A program made the position numbers and the translations under genes. From Actinomycetota bacterium (GTDB lineage: Bacteria > Actinomycetota > UBA4738 > HRBIN12): a stretch of DNA of 60,053 nt. Each line of letters starts with the position of its first letter. The first letter of the stretch is position 1. Location: positions 1 through 60,053 of the forward strand of contig JBKOWM010000056.1 of NCBI GenBank assembly GCA_046724395.1, written 5' to 3'. Below are positions 9,504-18,888 of the stretch, in pieces. Below the pieces are notes generated by a model. The model ran no database searches, was not told the DNA's origin, and was given only the letters and a program-made list of their open reading frames with translations.

Positions 9504-10136
9504 GTGGAGACCAGGCTCGCTACGGCCTCCCTCCCTCGCCGGTTCGACGACGCATCGCCCATCGTCCGCCAGGGCGACGTCGGCAGCTCGCTGTTCCTGG
9601 TGACGCGCGGTCTCGTCCGTCTGGCGTCTGTGCTTGCGTCCGGGCGCCAGGTGGTCCTCGCGCTGATCGAGCCGGGCGAGCTGTTCGGTGAGTCCGCGCT
9701 GCTCGGCGCCCCCTCACCGTTCGAGGCTCGCGCCATCGGAGTCGCGACGGTCGTTCCGATCGACGTGTCAGCGCTCGAGGCCGTCATGATGCGGCAGCCG
9801 GCCACAGGCGCCGAAGTGCTCCGTTTGCTCGCGGTCCGGCTTCGGCGGACGGTGGGTGCGCTCGAGGACGCCCTCGCGCTCGACGTCGGAGGCCGCGTGT
9901 CGCGCCGCTTGCACGAGCTCGCCGCGCGGTACGGCGTTCCCGGCCCCGCGGGCGTCCACCTTGGGATCGGCGTCACGCAGGAGGACCTGGGCCGCATGAT
10001 CGGCGCGTCCCGCGAGTCGGTGAACCGAAGCTTCCGGTCGCTCGCTTCGCGTGGGTTGATCCACCGGCGCGGGCGCGCCGTCGTCATTCCCGACCTCGAC
10101 GCGCTCGCACGCGCCGGGGACCGGTCGCCGGCTTGA
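9504..10136 (+). CDS. Crp/Fnr family transcriptional regulator
   Basis: IVRQGD, GELFGE, TQEDLGRMIGASRESVNR HTH; start GTG 9504 is 6 nt after TACGGT (ORF track starts at 9348). Confidence 0.88.
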   Translation: METRLATASLPRRFDDASPIVRQGDVGSSLFLVTRGLVRLASVLASGRQVVLALIEPGELFGESALLGAPSPFEARAIGVATVVPIDVSALEAVMMRQPATGAEVLRLLAVRLRRTVGALEDALALDVGGRVSRRLHELAARYGVPGPAGVHLGIGVTQEDLGRMIGASRESVNRSFRSLASRGLIHRRGRAVVIPDLDALARAGDRSPA

Positions 10137-10167
10137 CATCGCCGTCGCCGTCGGGCTCTGCTTGCTC

Positions 10168-10962
10168 ATGCGCGAGTACGAGTCCTCGACATACGGCGAC
10201 CGCGTCGCCGATCTGTACGACGAGCTCTACGGCGAGGTTTCTTTCTCGGGCGACGTCCACATCACCGTCGCTTTCCTTCGCGACGTGGCGGGGAACGGGC
10301 CGATGCTCGAGCTCGGGATCGGAACGGGGCGCGTCGCGCTGCCGCTCGCACGCAGCGGCGTCGACGTCGCCGGTATCGACGCGTCGCGCTCGATGGTCGC
10401 CAAGCTCGCGGCGAAGCCGGACGGAGACCGCATCCAGGTCACTATCCAAGACTTTGGCCGATTCCACCTGGGCCGGAGGTTCCGCGGCATCTACGTCGTC
10501 TTCAACACGTTCTTCGGCCTGCTGTCGCAGGAGGATCAGTTGTCGTGCTTCGAATCGGTCGCCCGACACCTGATTCAAGACGGCGTCTTCGTCATGGAGG
10601 CGTTCGTGCCGGACCCCGCCCGCTTCGATCGCGGCCAGCGTGTCTCGGCGATCGAGGTCGATCTCGACGGCGTGCGCCTTGAGGTGTCGAAGCACGACCC
10701 GATCGAGCAGCGCACGACGAGCCAGCACGTGATCCTCGATCGAGACGGCGTGCGGCTGTTCCCGGTGCAGATCCGGTACGCGTCGATCGCCGAGCTCGAC
10801 CTCATGGCGCGAATGGCCGGGATGCGCGTGCGCGAGCGATGGGGAGACTGGGATCGGTCACCGCTCACGGCCGCGAGCGCTAAGCACGTTTCGGTCTACG
10901 AGCTCGTTGGGCATGCCTTGGGTGAAGGGACTGCCCTCGATCCGGGGGGAACGAGCCGCTAA
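10168..10962 (+). CDS. Class I SAM-dependent methyltransferase
   Basis: MLELGIGTGRVA, GIDASRSM, VFNTFF. Confidence 0.9.
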   Translation: MREYESSTYGDRVADLYDELYGEVSFSGDVHITVAFLRDVAGNGPMLELGIGTGRVALPLARSGVDVAGIDASRSMVAKLAAKPDGDRIQVTIQDFGRFHLGRRFRGIYVVFNTFFGLLSQEDQLSCFESVARHLIQDGVFVMEAFVPDPARFDRGQRVSAIEVDLDGVRLEVSKHDPIEQRTTSQHVILDRDGVRLFPVQIRYASIAELDLMARMAGMRVRERWGDWDRSPLTAASAKHVSVYELVGHALGEGTALDPGGTSR

Positions 10963-11825
10963 CCGGATTCCTGCAGGACGGCCAGGCTACACGGACCACA
11001 GAGCGTCGCGCGTCCTTTCACCGGACGGCCGCAGCGATCACACGACCTGGGCTCGATCGCCGTCCAGCGGTGCTCGCCAGCGGTGGCGCGTCTTTGCGCG
11101 CGGCCCTCCGCCTCGAGCTTCAGAAGGTGGGCGAGGACGGACCTCCCCGCGAGCTCGAGCAGCTCGCTCGGATATCCAGCGTAGACCTCCCCGACGAGCT
11201 CCTCGATAGTTCGCCCGGCGCCGGCGAGCGCGTCGGCGATCTGACGCTCGCGCTCCTCGCGATGCGCGAGGTACTCATCGAGCTTGGCCATCGCGTCCAG
11301 GACGATCGGCCCGTGACCCGGGTGGATCGTCTTCGGTCCGAGCTCACGCATTCGGTGCAGCGATCGAAGGTACGCGACGAGGTCGCCCTCTGGCGGATCG
11401 ATGACGCTCGTTCCGCGGCCCAGGACCGCGTCGCCGGTGAACAGCGCCCGGTCCGCTTCGACGAAAAGCGCGGCGTGATCGGGCGAGTGCCCCGGCGTCG
11501 CGAGCACGAGCACCTCGGTGGATCCGGCACCGACGCGCTGCCCGTCGCGCATCCGCTCACCACCGGCGGGCGGGCGGATGGCCGAGACGGGTGCCGACGT
11601 CATCGCGGCCAGGCGCGCCGCGCCCGGCGCATGATCGGGATGGTCGTGCGTCAGCACGATGCGCCCCACACGTCCGGCGGCGAGCAGGATCTCGGCGCTG
11701 TGCGCCTCGTGGTCCGGACCCGGATCGATCACGATCGATGGCTCGTCGCCGACGACCCATGTGTTCGTCCCGTCCAGCTCTCGAAGACCGGGGTTCGGAG
11801 CGAGGACGCGCACGATCCTCGTCAC
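10959..11825 (-). CDS. MBL-fold metallo-hydrolase (LACTB2-like) with C-terminal winged helix and CxxC..CxxC
   Basis: APNPG..GTNTW, THDHPDH, TPGHSPDH, FTGD, PGHG; start GTG 11825. Confidence 0.9.
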   Translation of the reverse strand: MTRIVRVLAPNPGLRELDGTNTWVVGDEPSIVIDPGPDHEAHSAEILLAAGRVGRIVLTHDHPDHAPGAARLAAMTSAPVSAIRPPAGGERMRDGQRVGAGSTEVLVLATPGHSPDHAALFVEADRALFTGDAVLGRGTSVIDPPEGDLVAYLRSLHRMRELGPKTIHPGHGPIVLDAMAKLDEYLAHREERERQIADALAGAGRTIEELVGEVYAGYPSELLELAGRSVLAHLLKLEAEGRAQRRATAGEHRWTAIEPRSCDRCGRPVKGRATLCGPCSLAVLQESG

Positions 11826-11826
11826 G

Positions 11827-12465
11827 TCACCGGTCCTCCTGCCAGAAGACGGATCTCGGCAGGTGCGCGATCTCGTGTTCGTCGGGCTCGCGCGTCTCGA
11901 ACCGCAGCGCGAGGATGTCGGCCGCCGTCGCACAGCCAGCGAGCATTCGGATCGTGAAGAACGTCGGCCAGTAGAGTCGGCACGCGCCGACCCGCCAGTC
12001 CTCGAGGAGGCACCCCGGCGAGATCCACCATGCGGCCGCCGCCTCCTCGCCGTCGGGGACGGGCTCGACGCCCGCGACGGCGTCGATCGCGAAGTACTCG
12101 GCATCGAATCGGACGGGGACGTCGGGTGGCGCCACCCATCGCGCGAGGGGCCTGAGCCGGTCCGGTGCGATGCCGGCGACCGCCGACGCGCCCGTCCTGG
12201 CCGTGTCGAGACCGCTGGCGGACGGAGCGAGTCCGACCTCTTCGATCAACTCGCGGACGGCACACGCCCTGGGCGCCTGCTCGGCCGAACCGAACCAGCG
12301 CTCCGCCAGGGCCAGGTCGCCGGCCTCGACCGCGCCGCCGGGAAAGGCGACGTAACCGGGGAGGAACCGAGTATCTCGGCTCCGCTCGATTACGAGGACC
12401 TCCGGATCGCCGTCCGCCTCGCGCACGGCGACGATCGACGCGGCCCTTCGAAGCTCCTCGGACAC
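11827..12465 (-). CDS. NUDIX hydrolase (NUDT19-like)
   Basis: FPGGAVE..AVRELIEEVG Nudix box, W..P....RFD. Confidence 0.88.
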   Translation of the reverse strand: MSEELRRAASIVAVREADGDPEVLVIERSRDTRFLPGYVAFPGGAVEAGDLALAERWFGSAEQAPRACAVRELIEEVGLAPSASGLDTARTGASAVAGIAPDRLRPLARWVAPPDVPVRFDAEYFAIDAVAGVEPVPDGEEAAAAWWISPGCLLEDWRVGACRLYWPTFFTIRMLAGCATAADILALRFETREPDEHEIAHLPRSVFWQEDR

Positions 12466-12506
12466 CCGCCGATTCTCGCAGGCGGCGGCCTCGTTACGCT
12501 TCCGAG

Positions 12507-13568
12507 GTGAGCCAGGGCGTTCGGCGACTGATCGAGCGGCGGATCAGGGAGCGGGGACCGATGCCGTTCGACGAGTTCATGGAGGTCGCGCTCTACGCTC
12601 ATGGCGGCTATTACGACGAGCCGCCGATCGGCAGCGATCGAGACTTCGTCACGAGCCCGCACGTCCACTGGTGGTTCGCGTACGCGATCTCGGTCGCCCT
12701 GGGCGCGCTCCAGGAGCCCCTGAGAACGGCAGGCACGAAGCGGCTCGTCGAGCTCGGCGCCGGCGACGGGACGCTGGCTCGACAGCTGCTCGAGATCCTG
12801 GCCGGGGCCGGACCGATCGACTACGTGGCCGTCGAGCGGAGCGTCGGAGCCAGGGCGGCCCTGATCGAGCTCGGCATCGACGTTCGCGCATCCGTCGAGG
12901 AGCTCGGGCCGCTGGAGGGATGCCTCGTCTTCGCGAACGAGCTGCTGGACAACCTTCCGTTCCGACGGATCCGCCGTCGGTCCGACGGCACGCTGGCCGA
13001 GGTCTGCGTCGGGCTGCGCGGCGATCGGTTGGCCGAGTTCGAGACCGACGCCGACGCGACGCTCGCGGCGTTTGCGCCTGCCCTCGACTGCGGCGTGGAG
13101 ACCGTCGTCCCGACTGGCGCGCTCTCGCTCGTCGATGCGCTCGCCGACCAGATGCGGGACTCCTATGCCCTGTTCATCGACTACTCGACGGAGCGCGGCG
13201 GAGAGGTGCACGGCTATCGCCGTCAGCACGTCGTCGAGGACGTCCTGCAGCGACCCGGCTCATCCGACGTCACGGCCGCGGTGGACTTCGACGCGGTCGA
13301 GGGGCGCGCGCGAACGAGCGGTCTCGCCGTGCTCGGCCGCGTCACACAGCGCGCCGCCTTGCTTTCCCTCGGGTTCGCCGCATGGGCCGAAGCCGAGCGC
13401 GGGCGGGCACGCGCGGTCGCCGCAGCAGACGCGACCCGCGCGTGGGCGGCGCGGAGCCGCGCGAGCTTATTGGTCGAGCCGTCGGGCTTGGGGGCGCATC
13501 GATGGACGCTCCTGGCGACACCGGGGCTCCCCGCGCCCGGGTGGCTCGAGGCCGCGCTGCGCGGCTGA
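12507..13568 (+). CDS. MidA/NDUFAF7-family SAM-dependent (arginine) methyltransferase
   Basis: GPMPFDEFMEVALY..GYY, DFVTSP, VELGAGDG, ANELLDNLP, IDY, DVTAAVDF; GTG 12507 after TACGCT. Confidence 0.9.
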   Translation: MSQGVRRLIERRIRERGPMPFDEFMEVALYAHGGYYDEPPIGSDRDFVTSPHVHWWFAYAISVALGALQEPLRTAGTKRLVELGAGDGTLARQLLEILAGAGPIDYVAVERSVGARAALIELGIDVRASVEELGPLEGCLVFANELLDNLPFRRIRRRSDGTLAEVCVGLRGDRLAEFETDADATLAAFAPALDCGVETVVPTGALSLVDALADQMRDSYALFIDYSTERGGEVHGYRRQHVVEDVLQRPGSSDVTAAVDFDAVEGRARTSGLAVLGRVTQRAALLSLGFAAWAEAERGRARAVAAADATRAWAARSRASLLVEPSGLGAHRWTLLATPGLPAPGWLEAALRG

Positions 13569-14762
13569 CTACTTGTCGACGTCGCCGACGACGAAGAAGA
13601 CCGAGCCGAGGATGGCGATGAGATCTGGGACCAGCGTCCCCGGCAGCATCGCCGGAAGGACCGAGACGTTCGAGAAGGACGCGGTCCGCATCTTGAGTCG
13701 GTACGGGTTCTTCTTGCCGTCGCCGACCAGGTAGTACCCCATGATGCCCAGCGGGTTCTCGGTCCTGACGTAGATCTCCCCGTTCAGTTGGAGATTCTTC
13801 GGAAGCTTCGGCGCCACGTACTGCCCCGGCGGCAGGTTGTCCATGCACTGCTCGATGATCTTGCAGGACTCCCACATGCGCTGGACGAGAACCCAGATTC
13901 GATCGTAGGAGTCACCGACCGTGCCGACGGGCACGTCGAACTCGACCTCCGCGTACTTCTCGTAAGGCTGGTCCTTGCGCGGGTCGAACGCCACGCCCGA
14001 CGCCTGGAGCGTCGGACCCGAGGTCCCGTACGCGATCGCCGTCTGCGTCGGTAGCACACCGATGCCCTTCGTGCGCGCGAAGATGATGTCGTTGCCCATG
14101 ATGAGGTTCTCGTAGTCGCGGAGCTTCGCGCGGACCCACTCCAGCACCTGGGCCGAGTGTTTGAGGAAGCCTCGGGGAAGGTCGTCCTTGAGGCCCCCGA
14201 CGCGCGCATACGAGTGATGCATCCGGGCTCCGGTGGCCGATTCCATCAGCGCCTGGATCGCCTCGCGCTCCCGAAACGCGTAGAAGATCGGCGTGATAGC
14301 CCCCAGTTCCAGCGGATACGAGCCGCAGAACATGAGGTGGTTCAGGATGCGGTTCCACTCCGCGAACATCGTCCGGATCCACTGCGCCCGCTCGGGGACG
14401 TCGATGCCAACGAGGCGCTCGACGGCGATGACCCATCCGAGCTCGTTGTTGAACGCCGAAAGCCAGTCGTGCCGGTTCAGCAGCACGAGCACTTGACGTG
14501 CGTCCCGATGCTCGGCGAGCTTCTCGGCGCCCCTGTGCATGTAGCCGATGACCGGCTCGGCTCGTGTGATGACCTCGCCATCGAGTTCCAGGACGAGCCG
14601 CAAGACGCCGTGCGTGGACGGATGTTGCGGGCCGATGTTGAGGAGCATCTCCTCGGTGCGAAGACCGGCCGAGACAGGGACGGTCTCGATGTCGAGGCCG
14701 CCGCCGCGGACCATCCAGTGCTCGGCGGCGGTGGAGAAGGACCGGCGTTCCTCGGTGTCCAC
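13569..14762 (-). CDS. nuoD: NADH-quinone oxidoreductase subunit D (orphan, second-copy type)
   Basis: NIGPQHPSTHGVLRL, GYMHRGAEK, TGARMHH..RVGG, GDSYDR, ENPLG, GDVDK; no other nuo gene nearby; start uncertain. Confidence 0.92.
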   Translation of the reverse strand: MDTEERRSFSTAAEHWMVRGGGLDIETVPVSAGLRTEEMLLNIGPQHPSTHGVLRLVLELDGEVITRAEPVIGYMHRGAEKLAEHRDARQVLVLLNRHDWLSAFNNELGWVIAVERLVGIDVPERAQWIRTMFAEWNRILNHLMFCGSYPLELGAITPIFYAFREREAIQALMESATGARMHHSYARVGGLKDDLPRGFLKHSAQVLEWVRAKLRDYENLIMGNDIIFARTKGIGVLPTQTAIAYGTSGPTLQASGVAFDPRKDQPYEKYAEVEFDVPVGTVGDSYDRIWVLVQRMWESCKIIEQCMDNLPPGQYVAPKLPKNLQLNGEIYVRTENPLGIMGYYLVGDGKKNPYRLKMRTASFSNVSVLPAMLPGTLVPDLIAILGSVFFVVGDVDK

Positions 14763-14822
14763 GTCGGTGCTTATCCTGCCACGCCGGTTCGGCGAACGAC
14801 ACGCACGTATAGGCTCAGCGCC

Positions 14823-16241
14823 GTGACCGCAACGGGCCGCAGCGCGCGCGGGACCACCGCGGTCGACTCCGGGGCCCGGCGCAGAATTCCGTCGGTCGAC
14901 GCCCTGCTCCGGTCGGATCCGGGCCGCCGCGCCGAGGCGACGCTCGGACGCCCGCTGCTCAAGGCCGAGCTCGTCCGAACGCTCGCCGCCGTCCGCACGG
15001 CCGCCGCTCGAGGACAGGACCCGCCGGACGCCGACGTCATCCTCGCTCGCGCCTTCCAGACCGCGATCGGCACGGCGTTCGGCATCACGCCGGTGATCAA
15101 CGCGACCGGCGTGATTCTTCACACCGGACTCGGCCGCGCTCCGCTGCCGGCGGACGCGCTGCGAGCGGTCGTGCGCGCGGCACGTGGCTACTCCGACCTC
15201 GAGGTCGATCGGACGAGCGGTGAGCGCGGCAGACGCACCGAACGCGCCGAGACGCTCCTGCGCGCCATCACGGGTGCGGAGGATGCCCTTGTCGTGAACA
15301 ACGGCGCTGCCGCGGTGCTCCTCGCGTTGGCGGCGCTCGCGCGCGGCAGGGAGGTCCTCGTCTCCCGCGGAGAGCTCATCGAGATCGGCGGCGAGTTTCG
15401 CATCCCCGACATCCTGTCTGCTTCGGGGGCCAGGCTCGTGGAGGTCGGAACAACGAACCGGACGCGGCTGTCCGACTACCGCTCCGCGCTCGGCGCGAAG
15501 ACCGCACTCGTACTGAAGGTGCATCCGAGCAACTACCGGGTGGTGGGCTTCACCGCCTCGCCTGCCGCCGCCGAGCTCGGCCGGCTCGCCCGCGCGAGCG
15601 GCGTTCCGTTCCTTTACGACCTCGGATCGGGACTCCTCGACCGGGCGGCGGGCCTCGCGCCGGACGAGCCGACGGCGATCGACGCCCTTCGCGACGGAGC
15701 GGACGTCGCCGTGTTCTCGGGCGACAAGCTGCTCGGCGGACCGCAGGCCGGCATCGTCGTCGGCGGCGCCTTGCTCGTCGCCCGGTTGCGGCGGCACCCG
15801 ATCGCCCGGGCCGTCCGCGTCGACAAGATGCAGGCGGCCGCGCTCGAGCGCGTACTGATGTACCACGCGCGCGGTGATCGCGACGCGCTGCCCGTGTGGC
15901 GGATGGTCCGGGAGCGGGCGGAGACGATTCGCCACCGCGCCGCCCGGCTCGCCGAGGACCTCGACGGACTGTTCGCGGGAGCGTCGGTCCGTCGATCCCA
16001 AGCGGTTATCGGAGGCGGCTCGATGCCGGGCTCTGTGCTCGCGTCATGGGCGGTCGAGGTCCGCGTGCCGGATCCCCTCGCGTTCGTCGCACGGCTTCGG
16101 ACCGGAAGTCCGCCCGTCTTCTGCCGAGTCGACGAGCGGGGCGTCGTGCTCGACGTGCGGACCGTCTCAGACGATGAGGTCCCCGACCTCGCTCGCGCGG
16201 TCCGGTACGCGCTGGAGGGTGACGACGTCGACGACGAATGA
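14823..16241 (+). CDS. selA: L-seryl-tRNA(Sec) selenium transferase
   Basis: INATGVILHTGLGRA, VNNGAAA, SRGELIEIGGEFRIPD, EVGTTNRT, KVHPSNY, SGDKLLGGPQAG. Confidence 0.95.
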   Translation: MTATGRSARGTTAVDSGARRRIPSVDALLRSDPGRRAEATLGRPLLKAELVRTLAAVRTAAARGQDPPDADVILARAFQTAIGTAFGITPVINATGVILHTGLGRAPLPADALRAVVRAARGYSDLEVDRTSGERGRRTERAETLLRAITGAEDALVVNNGAAAVLLALAALARGREVLVSRGELIEIGGEFRIPDILSASGARLVEVGTTNRTRLSDYRSALGAKTALVLKVHPSNYRVVGFTASPAAAELGRLARASGVPFLYDLGSGLLDRAAGLAPDEPTAIDALRDGADVAVFSGDKLLGGPQAGIVVGGALLVARLRRHPIARAVRVDKMQAAALERVLMYHARGDRDALPVWRMVRERAETIRHRAARLAEDLDGLFAGASVRRSQAVIGGGSMPGSVLASWAVEVRVPDPLAFVARLRTGSPPVFCRVDERGVVLDVRTVSDDEVPDLARAVRYALEGDDVDDE

Positions 16242-18099
16242 CCACGGCGCGCCGCGCATCCACGTCGTCGCGACCGCCGGGCACGTCGATCACGGGAAGT
16301 CGAGTCTGCTCATTCGGTTGACCGGAACGGATCCCGACCGACTCGCGGAGGAGAAGCGCCGCGGCTTGACGATCGACCTCGGCTTCGCGTGGTGCACGCT
16401 GCCGTCGGGGCGGGAGGTCGGATTCGTCGACGTGCCGGGCCACGAACGCTTCATCGGGAACATGCTCGCCGGGGTCGGACCCGTGCGACTCGTGATGTTC
16501 GTCGTCGCCGCCGACGAGGGGTGGAAGCCTCAATCGGAGGAGCACCTGCAGATCCTCGACGTCCTCGGTGTCGACGGGGGCGTCATTGCCATCACCAAAC
16601 GGGACCTGGTCGAGGACGAGATGCTCGCGTTGACGACGGAGGAGGTTCGAGACCGCACACAGGGAACCGCCCTCGCTCGCGCGCCGATCGTCGCGTGTTC
16701 CTCGTCGACGGGCGAGGGGATCGACGAGCTGCGAGCGGCGCTCGATGCCACCGTCGCCGCGGCGCCCGAGCCGGCGCGTGCGGGGCGGGTGCGCCTCTAC
16801 GTCGACCGCGTCTTCGCGATCGCCGGAGCGGGGACCGTCGTGACGGGGACGCTCACCGGGGGACCGCTCCGCGTGGGCGACGAGGTCGCTCTTCTGCCGT
16901 CGGGAGTCGCCGGCCGCGTCCGCGGGCTGCAGACGCACAAACGCCGTTTCGAGGAGGCCGTTCCGGTCTCACGGGTCGCCGTGAACCTCGTCGGCGCCGA
17001 CCGATCCGCGGTCGTTCGCGGCGACGTCCTGTCGCGGCCCGGCACGTGGCGGCCGACGGCGTCGTTCGACGTCTCTTTGCGGCCGGTGCGTGGCCTGCCT
17101 CACGAGCTGTCGCCGCGCGGCGCCTTCAAACTCTACGCGGGCGCGGCCGAGCGCGACGCTCGTGTCCGCATCTTCGGCGGCCCGCTGCGCCCAGGCGACC
17201 GTGCGTTCGCGCGCATCCACGTGCCTGCGCCGCTGGTCCTCGACATCGGGGATCGCTTCGTGCTCCGCGAGTCCGGTCGCGGCGAGACCGTCGCCGGCGG
17301 GACGGTTCTGGACCCGCACCCGCGGCGACGGGCCGGTCGCGATCCCGCGACGCGTCTGGCGGCCAGAGCCGGGGCGAGCTCCGAGCGGCTCCCCTCGCTG
17401 CTCGTCGAGGAGCGAGAAGCCATCGAGACCGACGAGCTCGAGACGATCCTCGGGGTCGCACCCGATGCGATCGAGGGCGCCACCCGCACCTCGGGCTGGT
17501 GGATCGAGGATTCGGTTGTCCGGACCGCCGGCGACGCTGCGGCGGCCGCCCTGCGCATGCACCATCGCGAGCGTCCACTCGAGGGGGGCGCACCGGCGTC
17601 CATCGTTCGGACGGCCATTGCGCGCGCCATTCCGGCGGCGGTCCGGCCGGCGACAGGCGCCTTGGTCGACGCGCTCCTCGCTAACGGAACGATCGTGCGC
17701 GAGGGGGCGTCGTTTCGCCTCCCCGACCATCGGCCGGCCGTCGAGGAACGAAGGCCCGAGCTCGACCGCGTCGCGCAGGCGGTCGCCGGCGGGGGTCCCG
17801 CACCGCCCTCGATCGGCGAGCTCGTCGCGGGCGGACACTCGCGCAGTGTCGTCGACGCCGCGATCCGACAGCGCTTGATCGTGCGGATCGGCCCGGACCT
17901 CGTCGTGTCGCCGGCGTTCATCGAGGACGCGATACGGTGGATCCGCTCGGCCGGGCCGGCCGGCATGACGGTGAGCGCGCTCCGCGAGCGGCTCGGCACG
18001 TCGCGCAAGTACGCGGTCCCGTTGGTCGAGTACCTCGACAGCCGAGGCCTGACTGTTCGTCGAGGAGATGTCCGCGTGGCGCGCGGCGCCGAGGGATGA
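16219..18099 (+). CDS. selB: Selenocysteine-specific elongation factor
   Basis: TAGHVDHGKS, EEKRRGLTIDLGFA, DVPGHERF, C-terminal WH4 SRKYAVPLVEYLD; start uncertain. Confidence 0.95.
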   Translation: MTTSTTNDHGAPRIHVVATAGHVDHGKSSLLIRLTGTDPDRLAEEKRRGLTIDLGFAWCTLPSGREVGFVDVPGHERFIGNMLAGVGPVRLVMFVVAADEGWKPQSEEHLQILDVLGVDGGVIAITKRDLVEDEMLALTTEEVRDRTQGTALARAPIVACSSSTGEGIDELRAALDATVAAAPEPARAGRVRLYVDRVFAIAGAGTVVTGTLTGGPLRVGDEVALLPSGVAGRVRGLQTHKRRFEEAVPVSRVAVNLVGADRSAVVRGDVLSRPGTWRPTASFDVSLRPVRGLPHELSPRGAFKLYAGAAERDARVRIFGGPLRPGDRAFARIHVPAPLVLDIGDRFVLRESGRGETVAGGTVLDPHPRRRAGRDPATRLAARAGASSERLPSLLVEEREAIETDELETILGVAPDAIEGATRTSGWWIEDSVVRTAGDAAAAALRMHHRERPLEGGAPASIVRTAIARAIPAAVRPATGALVDALLANGTIVREGASFRLPDHRPAVEERRPELDRVAQAVAGGGPAPPSIGELVAGGHSRSVVDAAIRQRLIVRIGPDLVVSPAFIEDAIRWIRSAGPAGMTVSALRERLGTSRKYAVPLVEYLDSRGLTVRRGDVRVARGAEG

Positions 18100-18137
18100 C
18101 GACTCACGGCCCGGCCGTGTGTGGCACCATTCCGTCG

Positions 18138-18596
18138 ATGGGTGCCGAGCAGAACATCGCCGGTCTAGGGATCGAGCTGCCGCCCGCGCCTCGCCCGCTT
18201 GCGTCATACGTGCCCGTTCGCCTGCACGACGGCCTCGCATACGTCTCGGGGCAGATCGCCTCGGTCGATGGGCAGGTCCTGCATCCGGGCCGACTCGATT
18301 CGCAAGTCAGCGTCGAGCATGGCCAGGACGTGGCGCGCCGGTGCGCGCTCCAGATCCTCGCGGCGTTGCGCGAACAGCTCGGCTCATTGGACCGGGTAGG
18401 CGGCGTGGTGCAGCTCGGCGTCTTCGTGGCGTCGGATCCGGACTTCACGCAGCAGCCCGCCATCGCCAACGCCGCGAGCGACCTTCTCGTCGAGATCTTC
18501 GGAGACGCCGGGAAGCACTCGAGGACCGCCGTCGGTGTCGCCTCGCTCCCGCTCGGAGCGTCGGTGGAGGTCGCGGCGCTCGTCGCGCTGGGGTAG
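18138..18596 (+). CDS. RidA/YjgF family protein
   Basis: LGIELP..P.PLASYVP, YVSGQ, HSRTAVGVASLPLGASVEV. Confidence 0.9.
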   Translation: MGAEQNIAGLGIELPPAPRPLASYVPVRLHDGLAYVSGQIASVDGQVLHPGRLDSQVSVEHGQDVARRCALQILAALREQLGSLDRVGGVVQLGVFVASDPDFTQQPAIANAASDLLVEIFGDAGKHSRTAVGVASLPLGASVEVAALVALG

Positions 18597-18606
18597 CGGG
18601 GGTCGA

Positions 18607-18888
18607 TCAGCCCGCGACGAGGTCGCGTCGCCGCAGGACCTGACGGCGCTCGAACTCGTTGAGGCCGCCCCACACGCCGTGCCGCTCGCGGATGCCGAGG
18701 GCATAGCTGAGGCACGGCTCGCGGACCGGACACACGGCGCAGATGGCCTTGGCCTTCGCCTCGCGCGCCTCCTTCTCCTCGCGGCGTTCGAAGTAGTTCG
18801 GCGCGAAGAAGAGGGCCGCGTCGCATCCGCGACAGGCCGCGCGCAGCTGCCAGTCCTCGTTGGGGAAAACAACCAGCCGTTCGACCAG
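18607..18888 (-). CDS. WhiB-family Fe-S transcriptional regulator (not in ORF track; putative CTG start)
   Basis: Manual translation (L)VERLVVFPNEDWQLRAACRGCDAALFFAPNYFERREEKEAREAKAKAICAVCPVREPCLSYALGIRERHGVWGGLNEFERRQVLRRRDLVAG*; GGAGG 7 nt before CTG. Confidence 0.93.
   Translation of the reverse strand: MVERLVVFPNEDWQLRAACRGCDAALFFAPNYFERREEKEAREAKAKAICAVCPVREPCLSYALGIRERHGVWGGLNEFERRQVLRRRDLVAG

Noticed and set aside
13569-14762. NuoD as a [NiFe]/[NiFeSe] hydrogenase large subunit
   Set aside because: No N- or C-terminal CxxC/UxxC Ni-binding motifs
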